DNA of 23,883 nucleotides, taken from a virus. Its lineage: Duplodnaviria; Heunggongvirae; Uroviricota; Caudoviricetes. Shown here in pieces: positions 7,999-17,197 of this stretch. Position numbers and translations under genes: made by a program. Under the pieces are notes generated by a model. That model was not told the DNA's origin, made no database searches, and worked only from the letters and a program-made list of their open reading frames with translations. The stretch is taken from IMG/VR virus record IMGVR_UViG_2563366840_000003. One strand, written 5' to 3'. Within the stretch, counting starts at the first letter, position 1, and every line of letters begins with the position of its first letter.

Positions 7999-8787
7999 AT
8001 GCTGGAAAAAGACTACCAGTTATCCGCATATAAAAAATTGGCCGCCGCCGGTGGGATGAAAACACCTGGTGCCATAACATCGGCACGAAACAGTGCTAAC
8101 ACAGCAAAACTGCTTGCAGAAGAATTGACCGGATTAATTCTGGATACAATTGTCTATCCCGACACTATTACCAGCTATGTTTCAACGATCAGAACAACCG
8201 CAACCGGTTTAACGAATATTGGAGGGCTGGCAACTCAGCACGCGGACCTGTTGGCTGGTTATGCTGATCTGTCAATGCTCCTTCAACTCGATATTGGTTG
8301 GGATGTTTACTGTCGTGCTAATGAGCGAGAAGTTTCAGAACTGCCGATCTCTATTGCCATTGGTGACGCGACTACAACGAAATCGCTTGAGGACGCTGTA
8401 AATGCGCTTAATACGTCGAGTTTAGTCGCTGCTATGGAGGACATTAACCAGACCCTTAACACAGGCTCAGGAAGCTCGTCAGGCTCTGATTCAGGTGGCG
8501 GCGCAGTCACTCCCCCACCAGCACTGACAGAACAACAAGTTGAAGCACTGAAGGAAGCTACTGAACAATTTGGTGCTTTTTTCGACCAGACAACAGTACC
8601 GGTAGCAGCATTGCAACAGCAGTATGAACGAGCGAAGGAAAGCGCCAGCGTAGCCATAACTGCTTATAACCATGCTATCGGTACCGCGCTTGCGGAAGCA
8701 TCAGCAAATAAGGCCAGCACAGCCAGCGCAGTTGCCGCTTTGGTTCCTGATTCTGTTCTTGATGAATTAAACAAAGCGGCACAGTAA
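7999..8787 (+). CDS. hypothetical Ala-rich helical protein with an internal Gly/Ser linker
   Basis: AGGAG 5 nt upstream of the ATG at 7999 (ORF track starts further upstream at 7942); 262 aa with GSGSSSGSDSGGG linker; no motif I can assign. Confidence 0.5.
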   Translation: MLEKDYQLSAYKKLAAAGGMKTPGAITSARNSANTAKLLAEELTGLILDTIVYPDTITSYVSTIRTTATGLTNIGGLATQHADLLAGYADLSMLLQLDIGWDVYCRANEREVSELPISIAIGDATTTKSLEDAVNALNTSSLVAAMEDINQTLNTGSGSSSGSDSGGGAVTPPPALTEQQVEALKEATEQFGAFFDQTTVPVAALQQQYERAKESASVAITAYNHAIGTALAEASANKASTASAVAALVPDSVLDELNKAAQ

Positions 8788-8826
8788 CAAAGGACTTCAT
8801 TGATAATTTTTCTTCAGGAGGAAGAC

Positions 8827-9249
8827 ATGTCATTCTTTTCTACGTTAAAAACAGCTTTGTCTTTGAAGGAGAAACTTGCTGCTACTGGTGTTCTTGTTCT
8901 GATTTGCGCACTTGTTGGTGCTGGGTTTGCATGGGAACGTCATCAGCTAAAGCAAGCCATAGAGAAAATTGGCAGTCTTGATCAGGCTGTTAAGGAGCGT
9001 GATAAGTCAATAATGGATCTTAACCAGACCATTGAGACGATGAACAAAGCAGAGCAACATTTTCACAGCCAGGAAGTGAAAAATGAATCAGAACAAGCCA
9101 AGTATGCTGACAGGCAAATGGAACGAAAAGCTGAAGTTCAGAAACAACTGGTTGCGGCGGGTAATGTTCGCCAGCGTATTCCTGCTGACACTCAGCGGTT
9201 GCTCCGGGAGTCGATCAGCGAATTTAACGCCGACGCCGACAAAGGTTAA
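8827..9249 (+). CDS. type II membrane protein with periplasmic coiled coil, i-spanin-like (Rz-like)
   Basis: AGGAGGAAGAC then ATG at 8827; N-terminal TM helix (ATGVLVLICALVGAGFAW) followed by a charged, heptad-rich domain of ~110 aa; the next gene starts inside it in another frame. Confidence 0.45.
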   Translation: MSFFSTLKTALSLKEKLAATGVLVLICALVGAGFAWERHQLKQAIEKIGSLDQAVKERDKSIMDLNQTIETMNKAEQHFHSQEVKNESEQAKYADRQMERKAEVQKQLVAAGNVRQRIPADTQRLLRESISEFNADADKG

Positions 9250-9415
9250 CCACCCTGCCCCCAAAAGTGCATTTATGTGCAGGATGCCAGAGTTTAGCAG
9301 TGAATATTTTGATGATCTGCCAGCGTATATCCTCGATACAGAAACGATGCTGATGGGGATTAACAGGAAGAATCGCAACGTTAATGATTACAACCGAGCT
9401 ATTAGCGGTAACTAA
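9164..9415 (+). CDS. small lipoprotein, o-spanin-like (Rz1-like); start overlaps the preceding gene
   Basis: From the ATG at 9164: MFASVFLLTLSGC has the lipobox L-S-G-C; the mature ~70-aa part is Pro/Thr-rich (TPTPTKVNHPAP) with a further Cys. The ORF-track version begins at 9083. Confidence 0.45.
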   Translation: MFASVFLLTLSGCSGSRSANLTPTPTKVNHPAPKSAFMCRMPEFSSEYFDDLPAYILDTETMLMGINRKNRNVNDYNRAISGN

Positions 9416-9426
9416 AAGGGATTTTT

Positions 9427-9819
9427 ATGTCTGATAAAGTAACAGTAAAGCAAACTATCAACAAAGCGACTTCAATCTACAAAATTGAGCAAATCACTGT
9501 TGGCAAGCCAGGATCTGAACAATACCGTCGTGCTTTCGAGCTTGCCGATCAGCTTGGTTTAAAACACCCGGATTGCATTGAGCATGTATTTCCGACCTAT
9601 GCTGATGAGCAATGTACTCATGTTCTTACCGAAGAGGATTTTTTCAGCACTGAAGAACGAGAAGGCGTTGATCGCTGCATTGGTGTGATTTGTTCTTCGG
9701 TAAGTGATGAGTTATTCCCTAATGTGCCTGAATATGGTGGTATTGGATACCAATTCCTGTACGAGGGCGATGAGCTTAAATGCTATGAACATGGTCTTCT
9801 CATCGAAAGCGTAGAATAA
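9427..9819 (+). CDS. hypothetical protein (130 aa)
   Basis: Clean ORF with GGGA-rich RBS region, followed by an intrinsic terminator; no recognisable motif. Confidence 0.5.
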   Translation: MSDKVTVKQTINKATSIYKIEQITVGKPGSEQYRRAFELADQLGLKHPDCIEHVFPTYADEQCTHVLTEEDFFSTEEREGVDRCIGVICSSVSDELFPNVPEYGGIGYQFLYEGDELKCYEHGLLIESVE

Positions 9820-9833
9820 TACGACTCCCTTCC

Positions 9834-9857
9834 AACCGGCTACGTTGGCCGGTTTTT
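9834..9857 (+). terminator. intrinsic terminator
   Basis: AACCGGC-TACGTT-GGCCGGTT hairpin followed by TTTTT, directly after the stop at 9819. Confidence 0.6.
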
Positions 9858-9860
9858 CAC

Positions 9861-10081
9861 TTATCCACATTATCCACTGGATAGATCCAATAATCAGGTC
9901 CATACAGATCCCAATTAGATCCATATAGATCCCTGATCGTTGCAGGCCGCGCCACGTCTGGCTTAGAAGTGTATCGCGATGTGTGCTGGAGGGAAAACGA
10001 TGTGTGCTGGAGGGATAAAAATGTGTGCTGACGGGTTGCTAATGTGTGCTGGCGGGATATAGGATGTGTGCTGACGGGAAA
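9861..10081. promoter_or_regulatory. plasmid origin oriR: two tandem DnaA boxes, five-GATC cluster, five incC iterons
   Basis: TTATCCACA at 9861-9869 and TTATCCACT at 9870-9878; GATC at 9884, 9907, 9918, 9928 and 9935 (five in 55 bp); five direct repeats of (G/A)ATGTGTGCTG(G/A)(A/C)GGGA starting at 9978, 9999, 10020, 10041 and 10063 at 21-22 bp spacing; another DnaA-like box at 10121-10130 just upstream of repA. Confidence 0.8.
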
Positions 10082-10137
10082 GCCTGGGTAGTTATCACCA
10101 CTTATAAAAACTATCCACACAATTCGGAAAAAGTAAT

Positions 10138-10998
10138 ATGAATCAATCATTTATCTCCGATATTCTTTACGCAGACATTGAAAGTAAGGCAAAAGAACTA
10201 ACAGTTAATTCAAACAACACTGTGCAGCCTGTAGCGTTGATGCGCTTGGGGGTATTCGTGCCGAAGCCATCAAAGAGCAAAGGAGAAAGTAAAGAGATTG
10301 ATGCCACCAAAGCATTTTCCCAGCTGGAGATAGCTAAAGCCGAGGGTTACGATGATATTAAAATCACCGGTCCTCGACTCGATATGGATACTGATTTCAA
10401 AACGTGGATCGGTGTCATCTACGCGTTCAGCAAATACGGCTTGTCCTCAAACACCATCCAGTTATCGTTTCAGGAATTCGCTAAAGCCTGTGGTTTCCCC
10501 TCAAAACGTCTGGATGCGAAACTGCGTTTAACCATTCATGAATCACTTGGACGCTTACGTAACAAGGGTATCGCTTTTAAGCGCGGAAAAGATGCTAAAG
10601 GCGGCTATCAGACTGGTCTGCTAAAGGTCGGTCGTTTTGATGCTGACCTTGATCTGATAGAGCTGGAGGCTGATTCGAAGCTGTGGGAGCTGTTCCAGCT
10701 TGATTATCGCGTTCTGTTGCAACACCACGCCTTGCGTGCCCTTCCGAAGAAAGAAGCTGCACAAGCCATTTACACTTTCATCGAAAGCCTTCCGCAGAAT
10801 CCGTTGCCGCTATCTTTCGCCCGAATCCGTGAGCGCCTGGCTTTGCAGTCAGCTGTTGGCGAGCAAAACCGTATCATTAAGAAAGCGATAGAACAGCTTA
10901 AAACAATCGGCTATCTCGACTGTTCAATTGAGAAGAAAGGCCGGGAAAGTTTTGTAATCGTCCATTCTCGCAATCCAAAGCTGAAACTCCCAGAATAA
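10138..10998 (+). CDS. repA: iteron-binding replication initiator RepA (P1 plasmid-replicon type)
   Basis: 286-aa ORF flanked upstream by five and downstream by nine copies of the same iteron; I recognise the sequence as P1-type RepA but cannot verify identity without a search. Confidence 0.85.
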   Translation: MNQSFISDILYADIESKAKELTVNSNNTVQPVALMRLGVFVPKPSKSKGESKEIDATKAFSQLEIAKAEGYDDIKITGPRLDMDTDFKTWIGVIYAFSKYGLSSNTIQLSFQEFAKACGFPSKRLDAKLRLTIHESLGRLRNKGIAFKRGKDAKGGYQTGLLKVGRFDADLDLIELEADSKLWELFQLDYRVLLQHHALRALPKKEAAQAIYTFIESLPQNPLPLSFARIRERLALQSAVGEQNRIIKKAIEQLKTIGYLDCSIEKKGRESFVIVHSRNPKLKLPE

Positions 10999-11283
10999 GT
11001 GTGTGCTGGAGGGAAGCTGCATTAAAAAAATGTGTGCTGCCGGGAAGGCTTGTCTAATTTCCTGTTTTTGATGTGCGCTGGAGGGGGACGCCCCGCAGTT
11101 TGCCCAGACTTTCCCTCCAGCACACATCTGTCCATCCGTTTTTCCCTCCAGTGCACATGTAATTCTCTGCCTTTCCCTCCAGCACACATATTTGATACCA
11201 GCGATCCCTCCACAGCACATAATTTAATGCGACTTCCCTCTATCGCACATTCTGGTCCTGCATCATCCCTCCAGCACACATCT
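10998..11283. repeat. incA copy-control iteron array (nine iterons: three direct, six inverted)
   Basis: ATGTGTGCTGGAGGGAA-type repeats at ~11000, 11030 and 11062 on the plus strand and TTCCCTCCAGCACACAT-type at ~11112, 11143, 11175, 11206, 11236 and 11266 on the minus strand; the ORF-track ORFs here are repeat artefacts. Confidence 0.8.
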
Positions 11284-11391
11284 AATAGCCACATCGCCAT
11301 TTCTTTACGTGCAATAATTGACGCACGAATCAAAAAAAGTTGCACGTAGCAGAATCAAACGTACAATTCACTCATACGAAATGATAAGGAG

Positions 11392-12603
11392 ATGATGATG
11401 AAACGCGATTACGGCGGTGTCGGCACCATAGCTCTTCGTGCAAGCGCATTACTTAAGGCCATGAGTCAGGATATTGAAGATCAGCGCAAAGAGTTCAATC
11501 AGACCGAGTATTATCAGACGTTCACTCGTAACGCTGTGGCAAAGTTGCCGAAGCTGAGCCGCCGTATTGTGGAGCAGGCCATCAAAGAGATGGAAGATGA
11601 TGGGTACCAGTTCAACAAGAAACAGGTCGGTAACGTTGAACAGTACGCGCTGACCATCCAGAACGTCATTGATATCTATGCCCACCGTAAGATCCCCAAA
11701 TATCGCGACATTCACAAATCGCCTTACGTTATTTTTGTCGTAAACCTGAAGGGTGGCGTATCCAAAACGGTTTCCACAGTCACGTTGGCGCACGCTCTGC
11801 GTGTGCATCAGGATTTACTGCGTCACGATCTGCGCATTCTGGTAATTGACCTTGACCCTCAGGCATCCAGCACAATGTTCCTCGACCATACTCACAGTAT
11901 TGGTTCCATCCTGGAAACCGCCGCGCAGGCGATGCTGAACGACCTGGACGCGGAGACGCTACGCAAAGAGGTGATTCGTCCGACCATCGTTCCTGGCGTA
12001 GACGTGATTCCAGCCTCTATCGACGATGGCTTTGTTGCCAGCCAATGGAAAGAGCTGGTTGAAGAGCATCTTCCCGGACAAAATCAGTACGAAATCCTTC
12101 GACGCAATATCATTGATCGTGTTGCGGATGATTATGACTTTATCTTTATTGATACCGGTCCACACCTGGATCCGTTCCTGCTCAACGGTCTGGCGGCCAG
12201 CGATTTGCTGCTTACCCCTACCCCACCAGCCCAGGTTGACTTCCACTCAACACTGAAATATCTCACCCGTCTGCCAGAAATGCTGGAGCAACTGGAGGAG
12301 GAAGGCGTAGAACCGCGTTTGAGCGCCAGCATTGGTTTTATGTCGAAGATGACCGGCAAGCGCGATCACGAGACATCACACAGCCTTGCGCGTGAGGTTT
12401 ACGCCAGCAACATTCTGGACTCTTCTCTGCCTCGTCTGGATGGCTTTGAGCGATGCGGCGAGTCTTTCGACACCGTAATCAGTGCCAACCCGCAATCGTA
12501 TCCAGGCAGTGCAGAGGCGCTGAAGAAGGCACGAACCGAGGCCGAGCGTTTCACTAAGGCTGTGTTTGATCGAATTGAGTTTGTTAGGGGTGAGGCGGCA
12601 TGA
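11392..12603 (+). CDS. parA: type Ia partition ATPase ParA (P1/P7 family, divergent)
   Basis: Deviant Walker A NLKGGVSKTVSTV, DLRILVIDLDPQ, and C-terminal LPRLDGFERCGESFDTVISANP shared with P1 ParA as recalled; the N-terminal HTH region differs; AAGGAG before three consecutive ATGs. Confidence 0.9.
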   Translation: MMMKRDYGGVGTIALRASALLKAMSQDIEDQRKEFNQTEYYQTFTRNAVAKLPKLSRRIVEQAIKEMEDDGYQFNKKQVGNVEQYALTIQNVIDIYAHRKIPKYRDIHKSPYVIFVVNLKGGVSKTVSTVTLAHALRVHQDLLRHDLRILVIDLDPQASSTMFLDHTHSIGSILETAAQAMLNDLDAETLRKEVIRPTIVPGVDVIPASIDDGFVASQWKELVEEHLPGQNQYEILRRNIIDRVADDYDFIFIDTGPHLDPFLLNGLAASDLLLTPTPPAQVDFHSTLKYLTRLPEMLEQLEEEGVEPRLSASIGFMSKMTGKRDHETSHSLAREVYASNILDSSLPRLDGFERCGESFDTVISANPQSYPGSAEALKKARTEAERFTKAVFDRIEFVRGEAA

Positions 12604-13565
12604 AAAAAATAGTTTCCCGTGGACGAGTGCTGGGCAAGAATAGCTCCGAGTTTGCTCGCATGCTTGAAGGCAGTGAAGGCACCAAAACCTTTACCCTAAA
12701 ATCTGGCCGCCAGGCTAAATTCTTGCTTACCGTCGTGCTGAGTGGTGAGATTGAGTCGCGCACGTTCGTTGACCCGGCAGTTAACGGCCGCGATCAGTCT
12801 CTGCTCACCCCTGAGTCGGTAAGCGATATTTCCCGCACCATTAAATTGCAACAGTTCTTCCCGGCTATCGGTCGTATGGTTGGGGAGCGCATTGAGGTAT
12901 TGGACGGATCGCGTCGCCGCGCTGCGTGTATCTTCAATGAAACGAAATTTGAGATTCTGGTGACGAAAGATGAGATCAGCCTGGCGGATGCCCGCCAGCT
13001 GGCCATTGATATCCAGACAGCCCGCGAACACACTCTGCGCGAGCTGGGTAAACGCTTCGAGGTTATGTACGGTAAGAATATGACCAAAGAAGAGATCGCC
13101 CGAGCTGAGAACATCTCAAAGGCAAAAGTGACGCGAGCTTTCCAGGCTGCCGCGGTGCCGGATGAGATGATTGCTGTCTTCCCCGTAGCCAGCGATCTCG
13201 CCCTTCCAGATTACCAGTTACTGCTCCAGATCGCCGAGGATGCTAACGCTAAAAGCGTGCCGATTGAAGAGCTGGTTGATACGGTGCGCGAACGAATTGC
13301 AGAGACTGAGGGCGCGAAAGAGGATAAAGCGAAGATACTGGCTATCTTCAAAGCGGAAAGCAAAAGCCTGAAGCCCGCGCCGGTTAAATCTGTGGTGGTT
13401 GAGAAGCTGCGAGACTTCTCTGACCGTCGCCAATATGCCCGAAAGAAGTCCGATCCGAAAAAACGGGTTGTCGCCTACGAGTTCTCCAGACTCCCGTCTG
13501 AAGTGCAAACTGAAATTGACGAAGCAATAAAAAAAATCATTGGGAAAATGTCTGCTGGGGAATAA
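12600..13565 (+). CDS. parB: centromere-binding protein ParB (P1/P7 family, divergent)
   Basis: ATGA overlap with parA; shares FYPAIG, ILDGSRRRA and AKVTRA-type blocks with P1 ParB as recalled, but is divergent elsewhere. Confidence 0.85.
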   Translation: MKKIVSRGRVLGKNSSEFARMLEGSEGTKTFTLKSGRQAKFLLTVVLSGEIESRTFVDPAVNGRDQSLLTPESVSDISRTIKLQQFFPAIGRMVGERIEVLDGSRRRAACIFNETKFEILVTKDEISLADARQLAIDIQTAREHTLRELGKRFEVMYGKNMTKEEIARAENISKAKVTRAFQAAAVPDEMIAVFPVASDLALPDYQLLLQIAEDANAKSVPIEELVDTVRERIAETEGAKEDKAKILAIFKAESKSLKPAPVKSVVVEKLRDFSDRRQYARKKSDPKKRVVAYEFSRLPSEVQTEIDEAIKKIIGKMSAGE

Positions 13566-13619
13566 TCCCGCTGGTGGGAGGCGGCTTTAGCCCCCTCCCC
13601 TGTCTAAAATGTCCCGCGC

Positions 13620-13695
13620 CTATTTCATGTATAAATATATGATATATATAGATATTAATGGAAAATTTCAGACTGAAATTCCCACGATTTCACGC
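13620..13695. promoter_or_regulatory. candidate parS centromere
   Basis: ParB box-A-like heptamers ATTTCAT (13623), ATTTCAG (13665), inverted TGAAAT (13674) and ATTTCAC (13688), a box-B-like hexamer TCCCAC (13680), and an AT-rich putative IHF region between; flanked by C-rich runs CCCCCTCCCC (13591-13600) and CCCCCCTCCCCC (13709-13720). Confidence 0.5.
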
Positions 13696-13752
13696 CTGTT
13701 TTACTTGCCCCCCTCCCCCGCACAAAAAATTTAAAAAATTACTTTTAGCGAG

Positions 13753-13780
13753 AAAGTCAACAAGTGACTTTCAATAAAAT
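13753..13780 (+). promoter_or_regulatory. candidate late-type promoter upstream of the morphogenesis block
   Basis: Inverted repeat AAAGTCA-ACAA-GTGACTTT centred about 22 bp upstream of a TAAAAT -10-like hexamer, with no -35; placement fits activator-dependent late promoters. Confidence 0.25.
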
Positions 13781-13810
13781 CTCTTCCGAAAAGGGATTCA
13801 CACAAGTGCC

Positions 13811-15538
13811 TTGTGTTTAAGGAAGAGTAAATTGAGTAACTTACGCGAATACCAGAATCGTATTGCAGATATCGCAAAACGCTCTAAAGCTGTGCTTGGC
13901 TGGGCAAGCACTGCGCAGTTCGGTACTGATAACCAATTCATTAAAGATGATGCCGCGCGTGCCGCATCTATCCTTGAAGCTGCACGTAAAGACCCGGTTT
14001 TTGCGGGTATCTCTGATAATGCCACCGCTCAAATCGCTACAGCGTGGGCAAGTGCACTGGCTGACTACGCCGCAGCACATAAATCTATGCCGCGTCCGGA
14101 AATTCTGGCCTCCTGCCACCAGACGCTGGAAAACTGCCTGATTGAGTCCACCCGCAATAGCATGGATGCCACTAATAAAGCGATGCTGGAATCCGTCGCA
14201 GCAGAGATGATGAGCGTTTCTGACGGTGTTATGCGTCTGCCTTTATTCCTCGCGATGATCCTGCCTGTTCAGTTGGGGGCAGCTACCGCTGATGCGTGTA
14301 CCTTCATTCCGGTTACGCGTGACCAGTCCGACATCTATGAAGTCTTTAACGTGGCAGGTTCCTCTTTTGGTTCTTATGCTGCTGGTGATGTTCTGGACAT
14401 GCAATCCGTCGGTGTGTACAGCCAGTTACGCCGCCGCTATGTGCTGGTGGCAAGCTCCGATGGCACCAGCAAAACCGCAACCTTCAAGATGGAAGACTTC
14501 GAAGGCCAGAATGTACCAATCCGAAAAGGTCGCACTAATATCTACGTTAACCGTATTAAGTCTGTTGTTGATAACGGTTCCGGCAGCCTACTTCACTCGT
14601 TTACTAATGCTGCTGGTGAGCAAATCACTGTTACCTGCTCTCTGAACTACAACATTGGTCAGATTGCCCTGTCGTTCTCCAAAGCGCCGGATAAAGGCAC
14701 TGAGATCGCAATTGAGACGGAAATCAATATTGAAGCCGCTCCTGAGCTGATCCCGCTGATCAACCACGAAATGAAGAAATACACCCTGTTCCCAAGCCAG
14801 TTCGTTATCGCGGCTGAGCACACGGTACAGGCGGCGTATGAAGCACAGCGTGAATTTGGTCTGGACCTGGGTTCCCTACAGTTCCGCACCCTGAAGGAAT
14901 ACCTGTCTCATGAACAGGATATGCTGCGTCTTCGCATCATGATCTGGCGTACTCTTGCGACCGACACCTTTGACATCGCTCTGCCGGTTAACCAGTCCTT
15001 TGATGTATGGGCAACCATCATTCGTGGCAAATTCCAGACTGTATATCGCGACATTATTGAGCGCGTTAAATCTTCTGGTGCGATGGGGATGTTTGCTGGT
15101 GCTGATGCAGCATCTTTCTTCAAACAGTTGCCGAAGGATTTCTTCCAGCCAGCCGAAGACTATATCCAGACTCCGTATGTTCACTACATCGGTACCCTGT
15201 TCGGTAACGTGAAAGTGTACGAAGTACCTGCTGGTATTTGTAAGAACTTAACGACAGAGAACATTCAGTTCAGCTCGATGGATGTGCTGTGCTACGTCCG
15301 TGATGAAAATCCGGGTAAAGCAGGCTTCGTGACTGGTGATGCTGTCCCGGCCATCCCGTTCCAGCATCCGACCACTCCGGCGCTGGTCAACCGTACCACG
15401 CTGTGGGGTTCGGCTATCAACGATATGCACCCACGCAACGGCGCTGATTACTTCACTCGTGTAACGCTGACAATGGCCAAAAAAGGCGGGCTTAACTTCA
15501 TTAGCGGCGACACGATTGATGCCGGTGACTCTGAGTAA
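13811..15538 (+). CDS. large structural protein, candidate major head protein (P1 gene 23 position)
   Basis: First and largest gene after parS, strong codon bias; assignment is by size and position only. A TTG at 13832 preceded by AAGGAAGAG may be the true start. Confidence 0.4.
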   Translation: MCLRKSKLSNLREYQNRIADIAKRSKAVLGWASTAQFGTDNQFIKDDAARAASILEAARKDPVFAGISDNATAQIATAWASALADYAAAHKSMPRPEILASCHQTLENCLIESTRNSMDATNKAMLESVAAEMMSVSDGVMRLPLFLAMILPVQLGAATADACTFIPVTRDQSDIYEVFNVAGSSFGSYAAGDVLDMQSVGVYSQLRRRYVLVASSDGTSKTATFKMEDFEGQNVPIRKGRTNIYVNRIKSVVDNGSGSLLHSFTNAAGEQITVTCSLNYNIGQIALSFSKAPDKGTEIAIETEINIEAAPELIPLINHEMKKYTLFPSQFVIAAEHTVQAAYEAQREFGLDLGSLQFRTLKEYLSHEQDMLRLRIMIWRTLATDTFDIALPVNQSFDVWATIIRGKFQTVYRDIIERVKSSGAMGMFAGADAASFFKQLPKDFFQPAEDYIQTPYVHYIGTLFGNVKVYEVPAGICKNLTTENIQFSSMDVLCYVRDENPGKAGFVTGDAVPAIPFQHPTTPALVNRTTLWGSAINDMHPRNGADYFTRVTLTMAKKGGLNFISGDTIDAGDSE

Positions 15539-15598
15539 TCAGGGGTAGTTCTCCGTTTAACATAGCGCCCCCGTGCGGGGCGCATAACAGGGAAAGTT

Positions 15599-17188
15599 AT
15601 GTCTCAATATTCAATTCAACAGTCATTAGGTAATGCATCCGGCGTCGCGGTTAGCCCGATCAATGCCGATGCGACGTTATCTACCGGTGTTGCATTAAAT
15701 AGCAGCTTATGGGCTGGTATTGGCGTATTTGCGCGTGGCAAGCCGTTTACTGTTCTTGCGGTTACTGAGTCCAATTACGAAGATGTTCTCGGCGAACCGC
15801 TGAAGCCGTCTTCCGGCTCACAGTTCGAACCAATTCGCCATGTATACGAAGCTATTCAGCAAACGTCTGGTTATGTTGTTCGCGCTGTTCCGGATGATGC
15901 GAAGTTCCCGATTATTATGTTCGATGAATCAGGCGAACCGGCTTACAGTGCGTTGCCATACGGTTCTGAAATTGAACTTGATAGTGGCGAAGCCTTTGCT
16001 ATCTACGTTGATGATGGTGATCCGTGTATTTCACCTACCCGTGAGTTAACCATCGAAACGGCAACAGCGGACAGCGCGGGTAATGAACGCTTCCTCTTAA
16101 AACTGACCCAGACGACTTCGCTCGGCGTGGTAACGACCCTGGAGACACACACTGTGTCTTTGGCGGAAGAAGCGAAAGATGACATGGGCCGCTTGTGTTA
16201 TCTGCCTACGGCTCTGGAAGCCCGTTCTAAATATCTGCGCGCGGTTGTTAATGAAGAGCTGATTTCGACAGCGAAAGTAACAAACAAAAAATCGTTGGCG
16301 TTCACTGGCGGTACCAACGGCGATCAGTCGAAAATCTCAACCGCTGCGTACCTGCGTGCGGTTAAAGTGCTGAATAATGCGCCGTACATGTACACCGCTG
16401 TTCTTGGCCTGGGCTGCTATGACAATGCGGCTATCACCGCATTAGGTAAAATCTGTGCAGATCGCCTGATTGATGGCTTCTTTGATGTCAAACCGACATT
16501 GACGTACACGGAAGCGATCTCTGCTGTTGAAGATACCGGTTTACTTGGTACCGATTATGTAAGCTGTGCTGTCTATCACTACCCGTTCTCCTGCAAAGAC
16601 AAATGGACCCAATCCCGTGTGGTCTTTGGTCTGTCTGGCGTGGCGTATGCGGCGAAAGCTCGTGGCGTCAAGAAAAACTCTGATGTCGGCGGTTGGCATT
16701 ACTCACCGGCTGGTGAAGAACGTGCCGTCATTGCTCGTGCGTCAATTCAACCGCTGTATCCGGAAGATACCCCGGACGAAGAAGCAATGGTCAAGGGCCG
16801 TCTCAATAAAGTATCTGTTGGCACCTCTGGCCAGATGATCATCGACGATGCTTTAACTTGCTGCACGCAGGATAACTATCTGCACTTCCAGCACGTCCCA
16901 TCCCTGATGAATGCAATCAGCCGTTTCTTTGTCCAGTTAGCCCGACAGATGAAGCATAGCCCGGACGGTATTACTGCGGCTGGCCTGACTAAAGGGATGA
17001 CCAAACTTTTAGATCGCTTTGTCGCCTCCGGCGCTCTGGTGGCTCCTCGTGATCCTGATGCTGACGGTACAGAACCGTATGTGCTGAAAGTTACGCAGGC
17101 GGAATTCGATAAATGGGAAGTAGTCTGGGCCTGCTGCCCGACTGGCGTAGCCCGTCGTATCCAGGGCGTACCGCTGCTTATTAAGTAA
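15599..17188 (+). CDS. structural protein, candidate tail sheath (P1 gene 22 position)
   Basis: 529-aa ORF with RBS AGGGAAAG; assignment by size and synteny only. Confidence 0.35.
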   Translation: MSQYSIQQSLGNASGVAVSPINADATLSTGVALNSSLWAGIGVFARGKPFTVLAVTESNYEDVLGEPLKPSSGSQFEPIRHVYEAIQQTSGYVVRAVPDDAKFPIIMFDESGEPAYSALPYGSEIELDSGEAFAIYVDDGDPCISPTRELTIETATADSAGNERFLLKLTQTTSLGVVTTLETHTVSLAEEAKDDMGRLCYLPTALEARSKYLRAVVNEELISTAKVTNKKSLAFTGGTNGDQSKISTAAYLRAVKVLNNAPYMYTAVLGLGCYDNAAITALGKICADRLIDGFFDVKPTLTYTEAISAVEDTGLLGTDYVSCAVYHYPFSCKDKWTQSRVVFGLSGVAYAAKARGVKKNSDVGGWHYSPAGEERAVIARASIQPLYPEDTPDEEAMVKGRLNKVSVGTSGQMIIDDALTCCTQDNYLHFQHVPSLMNAISRFFVQLARQMKHSPDGITAAGLTKGMTKLLDRFVASGALVAPRDPDADGTEPYVLKVTQAEFDKWEVVWACCPTGVARRIQGVPLLIK

Positions 17189-17197
17189 GGGAATACA

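Noticed and set aside
9961-11349. Iteron arrays considered as a CRISPR array, and ORFs 10924-11220, 11022-11345, 11032-11349 within them
   Set aside because: Repeats are 19-bp iterons at 21-33 bp spacing with no unique spacers of constant length and flank a replication initiator; the ORFs are artefacts of translating the repeats.
11449-13508. Antisense and overlapping ORFs within parA and parB
   Set aside because: ParA and ParB family motifs fix the plus-strand frames; the others are shadows.
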